Below, piece after piece: positions 1-13,870 of a stretch of 64,000 nucleotides of DNA. The position numbers were made by a program, and so were the translations under genes. The notes under the pieces are model-generated. The model made no database searches. It was not told where the DNA came from and saw only the letters and a program-made list of their open reading frames with translations. The DNA comes from Antedon mediterranea (taxonomy: Eukaryota; Animalia; Echinodermata): positions 21,399,045-21,463,044 of the forward strand of contig NC_092680.1 in NCBI RefSeq assembly GCF_964355755.1, in the 5' to 3' direction. How positions within the stretch are numbered: the stretch's first letter is position 1; each line of letters begins with the position of its first letter.

Positions 1-40
1 ACTGTATGCTCCATGGTATATTAGCCAATAGGCCTATAAT

Positions 41-2180
41 AAGACACTATCCAGGCCAGTAATCAACAATCACAAAACACAAGACAAATATCCAGGCCAG
101 TAATCAATAAACACAAGACACATATCCAGGCCAGTAATCAATAAACACAAGACACATATCCAGGCCAGTAATCAACAATCACAAAACACAAGACAAATAT
201 CCAGGCCAGTAATCAATAAACACAAGACACATATCGAGGCCAGTAATCAATAAACACAAGACACATATCCAGGCCAGTAATCAATAAACACAAGACACAT
301 ATCAAGGCCAGTAATCAATAAACACAAGACACATATCCAGGCCAGTAATCAATAAACACAAGACACATATCCAGGCCAGTAATCAATAAACACAAGACAC
401 ATATCCAGGCCAGTAATCAATAAACACAAGACACATATCCAGGCCAGTAATAAATAAACACAAGACACATATCCAGGCCAGTAATCAATAAACACAAGAC
501 ACATATCCAGGCCAGTAATCAATAAACACAAGACACATATCCAGGCCAGTAATCAATAAACACAAGACACATATCCAGGCCAGTAATCAATAAATACAAG
601 ACACATATCCAGGCCAGTAATAAATAAACACAAGACACATATCCAGGCCAGTAATCAATAAACACAAGACACATATCAAGGCCAGTAATCAATAAACACA
701 AGACACATATCCAGGCAAGTAGCCTAATCAATAAACACAAGAAACATATCGAGGCCAGTAATCAATAAACACAAGACACATATCCAGGCCAGTAATCAAT
801 AAACACAAGACACATATCCAGGCCAGTAATCAATAAACACAAGACACATATCCAGGCCAGTAATCAATAAACACAAGACACATATCCAGGCCAGTAATCA
901 ATAAATACAAGACACATATCCAGGCCAGTAATAAATAAACACAAGACACATATCCAGGCCAGTATTGAATAAACACAAGACACATATCCAGGCCAGTAAT
1001 CAATAAACACAAGACACATATCCAGGCCAGTAATCAACAATCACAAAACACAAGACACATATCCAGGCCAGTAATCAATAAACACAAGACACATATCGAG
1101 GCCAGTAATCAATAAACACAAGACACATATCCAGGCCAGTAATCAATAAACACAAGACAGATATCCAGGCCAGTAATCAATAAACACAAGACACATATCG
1201 AGGCCAGTAATCAATAAACACAAGACACATATCCAGGCCAGTAATAAATAAACACAAGACACATATCCAGGCCAGTATTGAATAAACACAAGACACATAT
1301 CCAGGCCAGTAATCAATAAACACAAGACACATATCCAGGCCAGTAATCAACAATCACAAGACACATATCGAGGCCAGTAATCAATAAACACAAGACACAT
1401 ATCGAGGCCAGTAATCAATAAACACAAGACACATATCCAGGCCAGTAATCAATAAACACAAGACACATATCCAGGCCAGTAATCAATAAACACAAGACAC
1501 ATATCCAGGCCAGTAATAAATAAACACAAGACACATATCCAGGCCAGTATTGAATAAACACAAGACACATATCCAGGCCAGTAATCATTAAACACAAGAC
1601 ACATATCCAGGCCAGTAATCAATAAACACAAGACACATATCAAGGCCAGTAATCAATAAACACAAGACACATATCCAGGCAAGTAGCCTAATCAATAAAC
1701 ACAAGAAACATATCGAGGCCAGTAATCAATAAACACAAGACACATATCCAGGCCAGTAATCAATAAACACAAGACACATATCCAGGCCAGTATTGAATAA
1801 ACACAAGACACATATCCAGGCCAGTAATCAATAAACACAAGACACATATCCAGGCCAGTAATCAATAAACACAAGACACATATCCAGGCCAGTATTGAAT
1901 AAACACAAGACACATATCCAGGCCAGTAATCAATAAACACAAGACACATATCCAGGCCAGTAATCAATAAACACAAGACACATATCAAGGCCAGTAATCA
2001 ATAAACACAAGACACATATCCAGGCAAGTAGCCTAATCAATAAACACAAGAAACATATCCAGGCCAGTAATCAATAAACACAAGACACATATCCAGGCAA
2101 GTAGCCTAATCAATAAACACAAGACAGATATCCAGGCCAGTAATCAATAATTGCAAGATATCAACCAGGCAAGTAATTAG
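41..2180. repeat. 34-bp minisatellite (CCAGGCCAGTAATCAATAAACACAAGACACATAT)n, about 60 copies
   Basis: Period of 34 read directly (cagtaa at 241 and 275). Recurrent variant units (tattgaat, caagtagccta, caacaatcacaa) show block duplications. Explains ORFs 349-1988. Confidence 0.97.
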
Positions 2181-2539
2181 GCCAACGCTGTTTATATTTC
2201 GTGTAATTTGACTATGAAGCACTGTACACTGTTACTTTGCCAGTTGCTTGTTGTATCCTACATTTCTGATATTAAGATATATAGGACGATCTTATTCATA
2301 ATTGAAACAACATTTACACTGTATTCTTTTTCATCTTAGTTACGTCACAAATCGTCTGTGTAAGTAGGTTAATCACACGTGTTTTATTCTGTGAATACAC
2401 TATAGTGGATACCTTTGCCTACAGGGTCCCTGTATATTGTAATCGATGGATAAGTGCTATGAAGTCAAAGTGAAATACATTTATTTTTCGTATTGATGTT
2501 TATGTCATGTTAGACTTGCCTCTGTAGTTATTTCGAGGT

Positions 2540-2600
2540 TTGAAATACAAGCTCAAGTAGTATACGTATGAAACGCCATATGTGCCAAAATATTTATATT
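2540..2600 (+). repeat. Dispersed repeat fragment (family C, acgtatgaaacgccatatgtgccaaaatattt)
   Basis: Near-identical segments at ~5307-5345 and ~53350-53392. The element class is not identified. Confidence 0.6.
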
Positions 2601-3145
2601 TTTACTAATATTAAGTCAAAACTCCGTCTGGAACCCAGATTAATGTAATGTGTGCAGGATAACACAAATTTGTATCATAGCGCCCACTGTTGTCCGGAGG
2701 TCCATGACCCGTTATACTTGCTATAGTTTCTATTAATCACTTTGTAAACAACAAGTGGGCATCGCGATAGTATTTACACAACACCACATAAAAACACGTT
2801 GCGTCGAGTCGTCATGCCAAGAAACACCTTGAGTATTCATGCCAAGCTTGTTTCGGGGAAAATGAATCCCATCAATTTAATAAAAGCAATCGAAAACATA
2901 ATTTATGAAGGCAGCGCATTTTGACTTGTATCAGAATTCACATTATTGTGTAGCACTAGCAGGAAGAAAACAAGAATTGTTCTATAGTTATAGATATATT
3001 ATATAATATATAAATAAACGGAAGCAAACTTAAATCACACTTAAATTTGTATTTCAGTATTGTTTTTTTATATTTATATATAAAAGATGTCCGTATATTG
3101 ACATTGACCTATTCATACAAACATTGAATATTAATAAAGAGGTGA

Positions 3146-3302
3146 CATATATTACGTTGGGATAAGTTCAATATTGATTGGTATATAGGTGTATTTAGTC
3201 GGTCATTTACTGGACATTCTTTGTCATATATTGCGTTGGGATAAGTTCAATATTGATTGGTATATAGGTGTATTTAGTCGGTCATTTACTGGACATTCTT
3301 TG
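3146..3302. repeat. 79-bp two-copy tandem duplication
   Basis: catatatt(a/g)cgttgggataagttc...ggacattctttg starts at 3146 and again at 3225. Confidence 0.93.
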
Positions 3303-3648
3303 GAAAGATAACATTACAAATTGAGAACACGAAGTGGTATATTCGGAAGTGGTCAAGCTATTTACTGCAACAGGGTCAGTTTGTTTTTTCCTGAATCACT
3401 AAACTGTCCGTGGGACTTAAAAGAAGGGGGCTTATCACCGGAATTGGTATTGACTTAAGTACATTGTCAACTAAAATAGGAAATACGTCCTGTATTGTTA
3501 TACAATAGATAGAGGATGAACACACAAACTTCAAAGGCAAGCCGTCAGGTGACTGAACGAGTAGGGCATAAGTTGTTCTGTTATTAATAGCCTCCTATTT
3601 CAAGTTCTTATAATATATTATTATATGAATCTTACAGCTGAATATTGA

Positions 3649-3782
3649 ACACTATCAAAATAGTTTGACAAAAAAAAGTGTGATGTGGCCAAATATGGTA
3701 GTGATATGCCAAAATATGGTAGTGATATGACATCATCATGTCCATTTGTTGTCACATAAAATGTGATAGTGTAGACAGGGCT
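3649..3782 (+). mobile_element. MITE family A copy (PIF/Harbinger-like, non-autonomous)
   Basis: TIR pair (gtct)acactatcaaa...tgatagtgtagacagggct followed by TTA; internal aaatatggtagtgatatg repeats; five more copies in the window. Confidence 0.8.
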
Positions 3783-4426
3783 TTAGAATAATTAGCAAAG
3801 ATGTATGGGCCTACGTTAACAAATAAAATGTCAATCAAAAACCTACATTGGCTTCAAGCATTAAAGCCACATAATATCGAAATTCTTGGTTTTTGGTTGA
3901 AACTTTGTCTGAACTAATTTCTTCATGGTATCAATTTTAACGGAAAAACTTAGCGTAACGATTCTTACTAAAACCATCTCACAATAACGAAATGGAGATC
4001 GGTTTGCTTATTTCTAATAATTTTAAATAAACGATGAGGTTCATTCAATAAATAATAACTCAACGCCTCCAATCCTTTAACAATGACACAGTCATGGTAA
4101 AATTAGGGTTGGGTTTCATCTGTCTGTTCAAGAACTACCCAGACGCCTGCCTAACCCACCGATATGGTGTCATAAATCATGCATTATAACCCTAGCACAC
4201 TTCTGGTGGTGGTATTGAATATAAATTTAGTTTACCATACCAAGGACATGAATGATTTAATATTTGAACTAACGATTGACCTAATGAGCAAAATCACGGT
4301 TAGTAAACAAACTGATTAAAGGACAAGTTAACTGTTTCGGGGGATCAATTAAAATTGATACCATGAAGTACGTATAACAAATTTGATAAACGACACACGG
4401 ACAGACGACACTGATAGAAATGAACG

Positions 4427-4601
4427 TACAACATGCGCAACATGTACGGCGTGCCATACAACATGTGCAGCGTACCATACAACATGTGCAGCGTGCCATA
4501 CAACATGCGCAACTTGCCTAAGGAGTCGGCCCAACATGTGCGGCGTACCATGCAACTTGTGCGGCGTACCATACAAAATGTGCGGCGTGCCATACAACAT
4601 G
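4427..4601. repeat. Short ~21-bp tandem repeat (TACAACATGTGCGGCGTACCA)n
   Basis: About 7 degenerate units. Explains overlapping Cys-rich ORFs 4281-4774. A Kolobok-like end (TTAA-AGGACAAGTT) lies just upstream at ~4316. Confidence 0.85.
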
Positions 4602-6394
4602 AATGTCATTGCTGGCTCACTCCATTGCATGTGGATGACTCATCCTCCTTGATTTACGATACAGTTACTGAACTTACAAAGACCTTTGAAACATTATTTA
4701 ATATTTCTTTTTTTATCAGTTGCCTCGGGTGCCGACGTTCTCCTCAGATTTATGATATCTATCGCTTCTTCTGAGACGGTGACCTATATATGATACAAAT
4801 CAGCCCTATTCCTTGTTATTCATATATTCATTTATAATGTCCCTAGATAGCAGTACAGTAATGTAGCATAATTATGGATATTTACCCTACAGGATTATAA
4901 ATAATATATCAACTATAGGAACACCACCTCAATGCAAAATATAATCAATAAGTGATCGACCACCGTGTACGACTCATGTATAAGTACCATACACACGTTA
5001 TGTACACTAATCAATCAAAATGATCAATTACTCTCAATATCAATCGATAAAGACGTTCTATGTTACTACTTTGTACTTTTTGGAATGAAGGAATTTCATA
5101 AAATAATTTACAAACTTGTGCAAATAGATATGTCATTTAACTGTTCATTCCCTCTTCTTACACAAGATTAGGCGTATATTCTATTATTGGGTATGGTACG
5201 CCGCCGGTACCTTTTATCAAACTTGCCCCAAGACTCTAGTTTTTGTGTTATGTACAGTTGTTCTACATCCGTGCCACTAGTCGTTTTGAATTTTTTCTGC
5301 GTGAAAGTATTATACGTATTCAACGCCATATGTGCCAAATGTATCATACACCTCTAATCGAGACAACATTTTCTCGGAAGTGGCACCATGATAAAAAGTA
5401 TTTTGAAAAATGAACAATAACATACCGTAGTGCATGAAGTTTAAAGCATCGGCCTGAATAATTAGTTTATTGATTTAATACATTATTATATAATTGTCTC
5501 GTAAAAGTCACCTAACCACGTTCGTTAGCTTTGGTTTCCATCGATTCACCAGACTGATTTTGGAAAAAAATATGAATAAATAGGACAATGACCTTGTGTC
5601 TAGTAGAGGTGTAAGAACTCCTATATAAGTACAGGGCAACCCCACTTGTACTTTCTGGTGTTTTTAATAATACCTGAAGTATCTGTGTCGAAGGACAGTT
5701 GTCTTATAATATTGTGATATTGTGATATTTTTAAAATTCTTACTTGCTTATAAAATTTACTAACGCATACGGTAATTACGGAAGGCCTAAATTATAATAT
5801 TCTACACCTAAAAGGCAGACTGTAGACTAACGGATACGCATGTCCAGCCCCGCCCTCTCAGCCCCGTATTTTTAAATTGCAATGTAAAACATAGGATCCG
5901 CACAGGATACGTTATACCAACGTTACCTACCTATTTCAAAGCTTGGATCTATACCGATAAGTCCTATGATACAAAATATCAACAAGACAAAACCATTACG
6001 GATTACCGCCGTATGGTCTTCCAAATTCTCTAATACCCAGACAACGACCAAAGCGGACCAGGAAATGGATCAACCTACATTTGAAAGGCATAATTCGATA
6101 ATTTAAATTTACCGTTTAAATCGTTCTACTATACCTATCAATCATGTGACCTTGTTTATTTTTAAAACATATGAATGACGGCAATAAGAAGATCTAGGAA
6201 TGGTAGCTAAGGGTCCCGATCTATTTTGAATGTTGTGAGGGTGAGATGCATCTCGTCGGATGTTCAAGAAAAGCAAAAATAACCAATAAAACATAGATTT
6301 CTATGGCTATACACATACTGTGGTTTGCCGTTAAAAAGTATGGGGGCGCCATCCCATCCTAAACAAAATTCACCTATAAAATTGACAAATTGAT

Positions 6395-6715
6395 GCCAAG
6401 TTAGGGCGCGACATGCACGCAACACGCGTACATCGGTACAGCAGCATGTGTAGCTAGGCCAAGTTATTTAGGGCGCGACATGCACGCAACACGCGTACAT
6501 CGGTACAGCAGCATCTGTAGCTAGGCCAAGTTAAGGCGCAACATGCACGCAACACGCGTACATCGGTACAGCAGCATCTGTAGCTAGGCCAAGTTAGAGC
6601 GCGACATGTACGCAACACGCGTACATCGGTACAGCAGCATCTGTAGCTACAGTAGGCCAAGTTAGGGCGCGACATGCACGCAACACGCGTACATCGGTAC
6701 AGCAGCATCTGTAGC
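6395..6715. repeat. 63-bp minisatellite, 5 copies
   Basis: Unit gccaagttagggcgcgacatgcacgcaacacgcgtacatcggtacagcagcatctgtagctag; CpG-rich. Explains ORF 6454-6708. Confidence 0.95.
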
Positions 6716-6927
6716 GGAAGAACTTGGGTAAAGTATTGAGGAAATATAGGCTTTAATAAGAGTTATGTATTAATCCTATATAGATGGTTGTGACGGATGC
6801 TTTGCACCGATGTTGGAATTGGATAAGAACATAACCTTGAATCGTTATACAATAATCAATAAACTGGCAATGACTTGTCACTTGGATATAGGGGGACTAC
6901 TTTACCCATGTGTATTATATGTGCTAA

Positions 6928-7087
6928 AGCTTGGTTTCCACTAGCGACGCAACACAAGGGACGTAACGTAACATAAGTGACTTGACCAATCACAAGCGAT
7001 GGATTATTCAAACACTTGCTTGTCTTTGGTCAACTCGCTTTCGTTGCGCGTACGTCCTTTCGTTGCGTCTCTAGTGGTTAGGAGGCC
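6928..7087. mobile_element. MITE family B copy (long-palindrome, PIF/Harbinger-like)
   Basis: TAA+agcttggtttccactag-cgacgcaac...ttgaccaatcacaagcga / ttggtcaactcgc...cgttgcgtctctagtgg; more than 10 related copies in the window. Confidence 0.82.
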
Positions 7088-7146
7088 ATAACATATTGCA
7101 TTGTGTTTTGTATTGATAGTTGAATCTCCCTCCCAAGCTTGACATT

Positions 7147-7276
7147 TGTCTATCAAACTAGTGTGATGTGTCCAAATGTTGTAGTTATATGCCCATATAT
7201 GGCAGTGATATGACATCATCATGTCCATATATGGGCACATCACAGTTTTTGTCACATAAAGTTTGATAGTGTAGAC
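7147..7276 (+). mobile_element. MITE family A copy
   Basis: tatcaaactagtgtgatgtgtcc...gtgatatgacatcatcatgtcc...gtttgatagtgtagac matches 3649-3782. Confidence 0.78.
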
Positions 7277-7782
7277 GTTAAGCATCATGTTATGGTCAAT
7301 GGTAAGTGAAGAACCCATCTGGAAAACGTGGCTGATATTATTAAATCTTGCGACCGAACCAAATTGTATAAAAATGCGGCGAACCTATTTATGCGCAATG
7401 TCACGCTCCGGTCAATACTGAGCATAATAAACTCACGGGCATTTTACAGGTTGAACGTTGATGAGGTCCCATCCTTCCGCCGTCGTAATTCGTGGTTATA
7501 GGTTATCCAGTAATGATCTTTCGGGTCAGGAGACAAATCCATGGGATTATTCGACCAAGGCCTACGTCTAATGTGTTACATACCTCGGTCATTGGCATGT
7601 CATGCCCTCCCAAACATATAAATCACAACCCATCCAATTAATTTCTTATTTATGGCAATACGAAGTAAATATATTAAGCATAAAAAAGGAGACAAACTTT
7701 ACGGTAAATTAGGATCTATAACAAATCCAAAAAGTTGTTGGAGGGATGTTTAGGTAAAGTGTTAAAATGCCAATATACCAAC

Positions 7783-7911
7783 CTCAATGGTTTCATAAAT
7801 GCGAATGATGTTCGGGTGTCTCAGTTGAGAGAGCACTTTAGCCTCACGGTATAGGTTTTGTCGAACGTAATCTTCTTTTACTTTCCGAAGGTCGATCACT
7901 TTGATTGCAAC
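7783..7911 (-). CDS. Coding exon 2 of an AMPK-related (CAMKL; HUNK/SIK/MARK-like) Ser/Thr protein kinase, subdomains II-IV
   Basis: Minus strand: acceptor tgttgtttttag|, 129 nt, phase 0/0, donor GAG|gttggt. Translates VAIKVIDLRKVKEDYVRQNLYREAKVLSQLRHPNIIRIYETIE (VAIK lysine, alphaC RE glutamate, HPNII). KEDYVRQNLYRE resembles HUNK. Missed by the ORF track. Confidence 0.95.
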
Positions 7912-10234
7912 CTAAAAACAACAATATCCAATTTATTAATAATAATAATTACCGGTATATAATGCCTATCATCGTTATAATAATCTACAAACATATCATT
8001 TAATTCATTAATCATTAATTTCATAAAAAATTATCGCGTCGTCATTATCATACCAGCCTCATCATACATATTCATATCACCTATACAGATATAATCATTG
8101 TCGACATTCGTCAAATCAATAATCATCATTATTTCTACTTTATTATTTATCTTGGAAATATTATTATTATTATTATTAAAAGAGGAAATAAAATATATTC
8201 ATTAATTTGTATATATTATTTAAAGAGATTAACCCAGCAGATATAAACCCAAACGTCAGATTAAAAATATACCAAGAAGGTTGAACTAATTTACTTTAGC
8301 CCACCTTTAATCCCCATCACCCTCACCTGGTAGAAACAGGTGTGTCAAAGTTTAATTAAATGTCTGTAATACGTCTGATTTAGATCAACCAGTGCCATGC
8401 TCTATTGTAAAACATTTCACACTTTCTAATCCAGCAATCTACCAACCTCTATCAGAAGTTTTAGAACCCAAAACACAATACGTCAATTATCGCATGTTTT
8501 GTGCGCAGACGATAGCAGATTAGCACACTATACATCATTCATGTTAATTGTTTTTTTAAAAGATAAATACCAGGAATTCTATTTAATTTAGGGTCGTTAA
8601 ATAATAATAAATACAATCTAATTCTACGTTTAACTTAAGATTGCGTAGAATAATATTGCACCTCTATACTAAATAGAACAGACTGGGTCCAGCAGCCTTG
8701 GTCTGCTATTGTTTATTATCTGTATATTATCGGCTGATCTCTTCAACAAGGCAAATAAAACAAACTTGCTAATGTACAGGATTGTCCTAATGAACAATTA
8801 ACCAATCTAAGTCTAATTCAAGGCGATTTAATATTTAAGAAAACAACATCGACGTCCAACATGCGGTCGCCCTCTTTTCAAAATGTGAATACTACTAAAA
8901 TACTACAGTCATGGGAGATAGCTCTATCATTCAAAGAATAACATCAAAATATGTAATGAAATTCGTGTCTCTGCACAACGAGAAACGACGTCTCAGATTT
9001 AACCCTAACCCCTTATTCGGAGACAAATATTAACTTTTTTAATATCAATACAAGGTTAAGTGAACGAAAAGAAGAGCTCAACTAAGTTGGTCCTAAGAAA
9101 ATATAAAAAGCATTACATGTCAGGAAGCCAATCTGCCAGTGACTGCTTAACAAAAATATACTAAAAATAAACTGGTATGACGTCATACGCATTTACTTCC
9201 CTGGATATGACGTAATAACAAAATCCGTTAATGACAGTTCATCGTATTTTTTTTCTAAACATTTAACTATATATACGATGTTCTTCACTGATAGCCATGT
9301 AGATTCGAATTCTTTATCCAAGGCAATCGAACAGTTAGCCCACTAGCCGTTTAGAAAATAAAACATAACAACAGTCAACAGTACACACAGAGGCCAATTA
9401 TAACATAACACTTCAACAATAACATAATGGCATATGTTGCTAGCAAACACATATGCAACAAAGCTAGAGCCAAATTAAACCAAACAATAACAATTAACAA
9501 ATACAATTAAATTAAAGAGGTCGGATTATCGCTAAATTTTAGCATATAAACCCACTACAATCCTTACATTGTAGTTTTTATTTGTTGTGTTTTTAAAACT
9601 TATTTACTTACATATTACCAAGTCATGGGGCTAGAGGTTATATTAATTATACTAAAAGAGGACGGATGTTTTGCGATTGAGGCTTTGTATTGTTTGGTTA
9701 ACCACTGCGTTAATATAGATCAAAATAAGGTTGGACAAAAGTTAAAAGTTGGCTTATGTACACCAATAATTGGACCATAGGTCACAATTTTGGCTTAGCT
9801 GATCCCTTTCACTTTCTTTCAGGCCCATGGTATGGTGGCTACTTGATCCCTTTGCAGATCATTAATAAAGATAGGATTTTGGTACACGTGAAACATCAGA
9901 GCCAAAATGTGCACCATGTATGTGTAAGTTTACAGTTAAAAGATACCGGTATTATATGATGCGGCGTCCGCGTTGAAAATATGATAATAATAAAACGGCT
10001 TTTGTACGCGCACGTCAACTTTGTGACCGTTTGTGAGACTCACGTATCGATCAAATTTTGAACATTCCGTAAAATGAGGGAAGGCAGCGAAGTATAGTGG
10101 CATTCTTTAAGATGCCATAGTTCACTAAACAAAACCCAAACAAAACACTTACGCTGATACTTTTATTAGCTGTTCAACAATTTAGTTATTCTTGACACAG
10201 TTATTATTTTAAACATAACTACACAGCAAAATTT

Positions 10235-11578
10235 GAAATTCTAAGCAAGAAAAAAAAATCTTGTTTTAAGAAAAAATTCTTAAAATAAGTATTTTTTTTC
10301 TTGTCAAGATTTAAAATTACTTAAAACAAGAAATAATTTTCTAGAAAAGACAAATTTTCTTAAATTAAGTTTTGCAATATTCTTGAAAATGCTTATTACA
10401 AGAAATATTTTACTTAAAATAAGAAGTCAATATCATTCTCTTCTTATTAAGAATAGTTTTGCTTAAAACAAGATTTGAAAATACTTAATTTGAAAAGTAT
10501 TTTACTTAAAATAAGAAATCTATATTATATTTATCCCTATCAAGAATAATTTTTCTTAAATCAAGATTGATGAATTATAAAAATTACTTAAAACAATCAA
10601 TATTTTTCTAGGTAAGACAAAGTTTCTTAAATTAGGTTTCGCAATAGTCTTGAAAATACTTGTTTTGAGAAATATTTTACTTAAAATAAGAAGTCAATTT
10701 CACACTACCCTTATCAAGATTATTTTTACTTGAATCAAGATTCGCAATATTCTTGAAAATGCTTATTACAAGAAATATTTTACTTAAAATAAGAAGTCAA
10801 TATCATTCTCTTCTTATTAAGAATAGTTTTGCTTAAAACAAGATTTGAAAATACTTAATTTGAAAAGTATTTTACTTAAAATAAGAAATCAATATTATAT
10901 TTATCCCTATCAAGAATAATTTTTCTTAAATCAAGATTGATGAATTCTAAAAATTACTTAAAACAATAAATATTTTTCTAGGTAAGACAAAGTTTCTTAA
11001 ATTAGGTTTCGCAATATTCTTAAAAATACTTATTTTGAGAAATGTTTTACTTAAAATAAGAAGTCAATATCATACTATCTTATCAAGACTATTTTTGCTT
11101 AAATTGAGATTCGCAATATTTTTAAAAATACTTATTTTGAGAAATGTTTTACTTAAAATAAGAAGTCAATATCATACTATCTTATCAAGACTATTTTTAC
11201 TTGAATCAAGATTCGCAATATTCTTAAAAATACTTATTTCGAGAAATGTTTTACTTAAAATAAGAAGTCAATATCATACTATCTTATCAAGACTATTTTT
11301 GCTTAAATTGAGATTCGCAATATTTTAAAAAATACTTATTTTGAAAAATGTTTTACTTAAAATAAGAAGTCAATATCATACTATCCTATCAAGACTATTT
11401 TTGCTTGAATTCAGATTCGCAATATTCTGATTTTGAGAAATGTTTTACTTAAAATAAGAAGTCAATATCATACTATCTTATCAAGACTATTTTTACTTGA
11501 ATCAAGATTCGCAATATTCTTTAAAATACTTATTTTGAGAAATGTTTTACTTAAAATAAGAAGTCAATATCATACTAT
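10235..11578. repeat. Left subterminal repeat array of the EnSpm element (102-bp units plus a 370-bp higher-order duplication)
   Basis: The 34-codon periodicity of ORF 11035-11328 equals 102 bp; blocks at 10371 and 10741 are near-identical. Confidence 0.9.
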
Positions 11579-12768
11579 GGCCAACGGTTTTTTAAAGTAA
11601 TCATTCAAAATCTAGAGTTTGTAAGTAAAAGACACCTTTCATCGCAATTTATATATTAAATGCTTCAATAGGCCTAGTAAGATTAGTCTAATATAATGTC
11701 GAAGGAAGACGCTTTGTTGAAGATCCGAGAAATAGATGAAGAAGTGGCCAATATTTTAACAGGTTCGTAGGCCTAATAATTATATTTTAATCTGCCAGCA
11801 GTCTAGGCCTAGCCTAGGCTCCTTCCTAGTTAGTAATACTGTAGGCCTGGAACTAGTAGGTCTAGGCTAGCCTACTATGCCTGAACTGACTAACAGGTGT
11901 ATAGGTTTAGCTTAGCATTTTAGTTCAGAAATTGACAGAGGGGACAAATATTGTCGGACCTATTTCAGCTAGGTATAAGGAAGGCCTAATAATAGATAAT
12001 ACAATTATAATGTAACACTAACAGTTATTTTGTAATGTAGCCATGAAATATCTACGAAGGATTATACTGTATTATATACACATATTCCAATGAGAAATAT
12101 AATGACATTTAAAAACACTTCTTTATATTTAATTAATTGTACACACTAAGTAATCCCCGAAGTGATCACATCGATATTGAAACTTTATGTTTTTAACTCT
12201 AAATTTAAAAAAAACATACTAAACAAGAAATATTTCTTACAAAAAACGCCGCGTAACTTTTTGACTGAGCAGTTGTAAGAACAGTCTTCATTAATCTAAT
12301 ATAATAGGTCGGCCAATCAAAACGCAAGTGAACAATTGGGACTTTACTTGTGATTTATGTCATTGGCCTGTCAGCACAGTCGTTTCTTTCTAGAATTAAA
12401 CGCACAAACTTGTATTGGGAATAATGTATGTGGTTATTACTATCGCATTTAGGTATTGATAATAATAATAATATGGCTTTTGAATATATAATTACTGTCT
12501 GTAGAATAACATTTATACATTTTCGGTTCGCGATCAAAAGTTATATGAATGGATTTGTAATAGGTATTTATAATAATAGTATATGGGTTGTATTATTGCT
12601 AAGCTATCACCAAATCGCGTTATAACATTATTTCTCAGGGTTTTTTGCACCATTGATCAATACCAAACGCGTATCGGTATTATAGTTTTTAATGAATCAT
12701 TACATTAATAAAAATACCCAATTAAATCAATCGCGTCAGTCCAATTCCGACTTATGTTTCGATCACAT

Positions 12769-12922
12769 AGTTCTGTGTCTACACTGTCCCAACTAGTTTA
12801 ACAAAAAAAGTGTGATGTGCCCAAATATGGTAGTGATATGCCCGAATATCGTAGTGATATGACATCGTCATGTCTATATAATATGGGCACATCATATTTA
12901 GTTTGATAGTATAGACAAAGCT
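12769..12922 (+). mobile_element. MITE family A copy nested in the EnSpm element
   Basis: gtgtctacactgtcccaac...gtttgatagtatagacaaagct-TAA with the same internal repeats as 3649-3782. Confidence 0.8.
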
Positions 12923-12954
12923 TAAGGATTATATTTATATTTATATTTATTTAT

Positions 12955-13870
12955 ATTTTACATTTTGAACGAAAGTATTTATTTGTTGATAAGCCCAATT
13001 TTGCATTCTTATTTTACATTTTAAATGAAAGTATTTATTTGTTGATAAGCCGAATTTTCCAGTTTAATAATAATGACCCCTTCCACAGTGCTTATACCAT
13101 ATACATTTTACATGATATTGACCGTGGGTTCTTTACGCCTCTGATGCATTTGTTTTTATTGTACCTTTTTAATAAATTATTATATGTTTAGGCCTAATCA
13201 CACCCAATTTAATGAAACGGTCAGATTCCGATTTCAATTGAACGAAAGTAGTACTGTATTTATTATTCATTGATAAGCCAAGGGTCCCATGGCGTTAGCT
13301 GATATCTTGAGCATTTGACTCTTGTGTGAACCTGTAACACAAATCATTCTTCAAAATCTAAAGAAAGAACCTCACACGTCTTTTTTGTGAGTGATACACT
13401 ATGGATATGCCCACGGAAATAATATGTGGACATTGCAAACAATTATAGGCCTACAGTAACAAACATAGAATGGCCAATAAGCATAACATTCAGACTTGCT
13501 TGTTTTCTAGTGGATTTTTATTTACTTTAGCATGTAGAATAAAACTAGTAACAGTGGCTATATTAATAATTATACTGATTATCCTTGATGTTATCGCGTC
13601 TAATAATAAAATATTTTGTTGTTGATAAGCCCAATTTTTCAGCCTTGATTTTACATTTTGAACGAAAGTACGGTATTTATTTGTTGATAAGCCCAATTTT
13701 GCAGTCTTAATAATGACCCTTCCACAGTGCATTTTACATGATATTGACCGAGGGTTTTTACGCCTCTATAGCCACTGATCAATACCATAATTAATGTACT
13801 TTTTTAAATGAATATTGAAATGTTTCAACATACCCAATTCAAAAAAACGGTCCGTTTTCGAGTTCAATCT
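12955..13870 (+). repeat. Diverged direct duplication (~12955-13280 vs ~13615-13870) inside the EnSpm element
   Basis: Shared blocks ttacattttgaacgaaagta..tttatttgttgataagcccaatttt, aataatgaccc(c)ttccacagtgc and ttttacatgatattgaccg. Confidence 0.8.

Noticed and set aside
349-1988. Repetitive Cys/Trp-rich minus-strand ORFs
   Set aside because: Translations of the 34-bp minisatellite; the unit length is not a multiple of three, so all frames cycle.
3860-4335. Kolobok-like TTAA-AG ends (~3861, ~4316; also ~10105, ~21685)
   Set aside because: Matching opposite termini could not be paired confidently, so no element boundaries are called.
4281-4774. Metallothionein-like Cys-rich ORFs
   Set aside because: Open in several frames on both strands because of a 21-bp repeat; no splice or start support.
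8998-9015. Telomere-like TAACCCTAACCC
   Set aside because: Only two units; not an interstitial telomere array.
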